DNA from: Oligoflexia bacterium | GTDB lineage: Bacteria; Bdellovibrionota_G; JANQFH01 | Direction: 5' to 3' | Assembly (NCBI GenBank): GCA_028277945.1 | Contig: JANQFH010000008.1 | Coordinates: 195,442-259,441, forward strand | Length of the DNA: 64,000 nucleotides | Shown here: piece after piece, positions 62,184-64,000 of the stretch | Position numbering within the stretch: the stretch's first letter is position 1 | How the letters are laid out: each line of letters opens with the position of its first letter | Notes under the pieces: model-generated | What the model was told of the DNA's origin: nothing | What the model saw: the letters and a program-made list of their open reading frames with translations, nothing else | Database searches by the model: none | Translations under genes and position numbers: made by a program

Positions 62184-62596
62184 TGTTAGCCTACGTGGAT
62201 TCGTCTGTACTACTGCGCATTGTTCTTGCGGAACCTCACGCCCTAAAAGAGTTCAGAGAGATCAACTTTGCGGTCTCTAGTGAGTTGATTCGGGTTGAGT
62301 GTTTAAGAACGATGGATCGTTATAGAGTGCAAGCGTCTCTGTCGGAGGAGGAGTACCTATCTCGTGTTGGTCTTGTGCACGACCTTCTTGCTGAGTTTGA
62401 ATTGATTAAAATTTCATCCATGGTTTTGAACCGAGCCTGTCATCCCTTTCCCGTCAGGCTAGGAACCTTGGATGCTATCCATCTTTCAAGCTGCCTATTG
62501 TATGGAGAGAGGGCCGAACAAGAGATCACCCTCTGCTCCCATGACGAAAGCTTAAAAAGAGCAGCGCGATCTCTTGGACTAGCTGTGCTTGGTTAG
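62183..62596 (+). CDS. vapC: PIN-domain toxin (VapC-like)
   Basis: MLAYVDSSVLLRIVL.. then ..LGTLDAIHLSS.. and ..LCSHDESL (PIN acidic residues). Confidence 0.8.
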   Translation: MLAYVDSSVLLRIVLAEPHALKEFREINFAVSSELIRVECLRTMDRYRVQASLSEEEYLSRVGLVHDLLAEFELIKISSMVLNRACHPFPVRLGTLDAIHLSSCLLYGERAEQEITLCSHDESLKRAARSLGLAVLG

Positions 62597-62768
62597 ACCA
62601 CATACCTTCAGGCCAAAAAACAAATAATTTCAAATAGTTATTTTATATTCTGGTTTAAACAGAGGTCAGCTTTCCATATTTGTATAAATTTAGAAACTAT
62701 ACTTGCCAAATTTGTACAAATACAGCGCACTGATGTGGTCACACTGTTGGAGTTTCTGACCTGATGGG

Positions 62769-63206
62769 TTAGCGCTCGAGCCAGGCGGCAACGATGCCCA
62801 TGCAGGTGACGGCAATGGTGTCGAAAATGATCTGTTTGAAAACAAGCATGCCTGGTGTGGGCTGAACGGCGTAGTAGATGAGATAGACCGGAATGATGGC
62901 GATCAAGGCGACGGCGATGCCGTAGCGCAGACCCTGACCGAGCCACGGTTTGTTTGCTTTACCCTGACGGTAAATCCAGACAAAGCCAAAGCTGAAGAGG
63001 ATGTGCGCGAGCAGCATAAAGTGGAAGTAGTTTTGTGAGTCTTCGGGAGTGCGAAAGAGCTCTGGCAGGGTGGCGTAGGTGCCTCCTAAGAGAGCGCCGT
63101 GGACGACAAAACCAAACACCATGGAGAGAACAAAAACAGCCAGTGCAGCTAGGAAGAACTTCTTATCCATGTCCATGATGGTAATGTGATTGAGGGGCTT
63201 AATCAA
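62769..63206 (-). CDS. four-helix integral membrane protein, unknown function
   Basis: ORF track. It is hydrophobic throughout. The likely start is MDMDKKFF (about 63176). Confidence 0.6.
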   Translation of the reverse strand: MIKPLNHITIMDMDKKFFLAALAVFVLSMVFGFVVHGALLGGTYATLPELFRTPEDSQNYFHFMLLAHILFSFGFVWIYRQGKANKPWLGQGLRYGIAVALIAIIPVYLIYYAVQPTPGMLVFKQIIFDTIAVTCMGIVAAWLER

Positions 63207-63367
63207 TGCTTTTCAGCTGGGACATCGATGCCCCTGATATCCAAGCCTTGAAGCAGATTTATCGAGAGTGCCGGTTTGCTTTCGTGAAATAACCACTTGA
63301 AATCTATGAAATATCTGGCAGGATGCAGACAGAGCGGGTGGCATATTCGTTGCTTCACTAGGTCCTG

Positions 63368-64000
63368 ATGAGAAGCCAAAGCCAAAGAGCTCAGCTAGGT
63401 ATTGGTTCACAGACACTGCGGTCATGGTCGTTGCTTGTGGCCTGGATTTTTTTGGTGGCCATGGCTGTCTGCGAGCCACTCTTTGCCCAGATCCCAAGAG
63501 AAAAAGCTCCTCTAACGACACCGCAGCTGCACGGACAAGTCGATGAGGAAGACGCAGAGGCACTCTATGATCTGCTTGTCTTTCTGCATCATGGCGACAT
63601 GGATGCTATTCTAAACTACCTCAAAGAAGAAAAGAACATTAAGACCAAGGAAGATGATGAGCCCCTTAGTAAGAAGCTCATCGTCTATCTCTACTTTTAC
63701 TTTGGCCTGATGGATCCAGATTATGAAGGAACGATTTATTTACGTCCAGTGGAAGGGAGGAGTGGCGCTGAAAGACCAGACTTGGTTTTCAGAAGAGACC
63801 GTGCTGATGGGGCGCACCTGTTTTTCAGGCCTAATGCGGACGATCGGCTTTTTCTGACAGAGCTCGATGAGGCTTATGCTGAACAGAAGACAAACCCGCA
63901 GGTCTCTTTGGATTCACCTGCGCCGTCCTCTTCTCTAACAACCGAGAGCGCTCACCTGACTCGCCTAATTGTTAATTTTAATAACACCCTGTTCGAACAG
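63368..64000 (+). CDS. secreted protein, unknown function (3' end outside window); not in ORF track
   Basis: ATG at 63368 opens a frame that stays open to the window edge: MRSQSQRAQLGIGSQTLRSWSLLVAWIFLVAMAVCEPLFAQIPREKAP.. (signal peptide). It was probably omitted from the track because it has no stop. Confidence 0.5.
   Translation, partial: MRSQSQRAQLGIGSQTLRSWSLLVAWIFLVAMAVCEPLFAQIPREKAPLTTPQLHGQVDEEDAEALYDLLVFLHHGDMDAILNYLKEEKNIKTKEDDEPLSKKLIVYLYFYFGLMDPDYEGTIYLRPVEGRSGAERPDLVFRRDRADGAHLFFRPNADDRLFLTELDEAYAEQKTNPQVSLDSPAPSSSLTTESAHLTRLIVNFNNTLFEQ

Noticed and set aside
63203-63563. Minus-strand ORFs 63203..63385 and 63213..63563
   Set aside because: They overlap the plus-strand frame that starts at 63368 with a good signal peptide and stays open to the window edge. 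The minus-strand products look like shadow ORFs.
1-64000. Search by eye for CRISPR arrays, tRNA/rRNA genes, IS elements, integrases, phage structural genes, T6SS/T5SS/Rhs markers
   Set aside because: I noticed no regularly spaced direct repeats, no transposase or integrase motifs, and no recognisable RNA genes. A tRNAscan, Infernal and ISfinder run would be needed to be certain.

Overview
Gene-dense 64-kb window from a diderm (Gram-negative) bacterium. The taxon cannot be fixed from the sequence alone. I recognised no rRNA, tRNA, CRISPR array, transposase or integrase. Ordinary content: selB, a small OMP-like protein, a Fic protein, a type IV pilin with a sigma-54-type promoter, a CHASE2 nucleotide cyclase, a large secreted metalloprotease-like protein, a SAM methyltransferase, two TlpA-like redoxins, four type II TA pairs (hicAB, hipBA, vapBC, Phd-like/PIN) and several secreted or membrane proteins of unknown function.

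Two accessory themes dominate.

(1) Five related, partly decayed cassettes (about 3.9-8.2, 12.3-16.1, 22.3-28.1, 34.5-40.4 and 40.9-44.7 kb). Each combines some of the following: an unannotated 27-40 aa basic short ORF behind a sigma-54-type promoter, a RiPP-style tailoring gene (HExxH protein, minimal YcaO, or a stand-alone LanM-kinase-like protein), an MFS transporter, a family-5 (OppA-like) periplasmic binding protein, and a hybrid histidine kinase that overlaps or abuts the binding-protein gene. I read this as a candidate multi-channel system that makes, exports and senses modified peptides. Its logic resembles LuxP-LuxQ, but with peptide ligands. This is the most interesting thing in the window.

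(2) Two paralogous operons (16.1-22.1 kb and 51.9-57.5 kb) encode Sec-signal polymorphic toxins with different C-terminal NAD-targeting-type domains (RES; TNT-like). Each is followed by cytoplasmic immunity candidates and accompanied by two conserved secreted accessory proteins of unknown function.

Several gene remnants, frameshifts and about 90-130-nt intergenic repeats mark recombination between the cassettes. All functional calls rest on motifs read by eye. No database search was possible.
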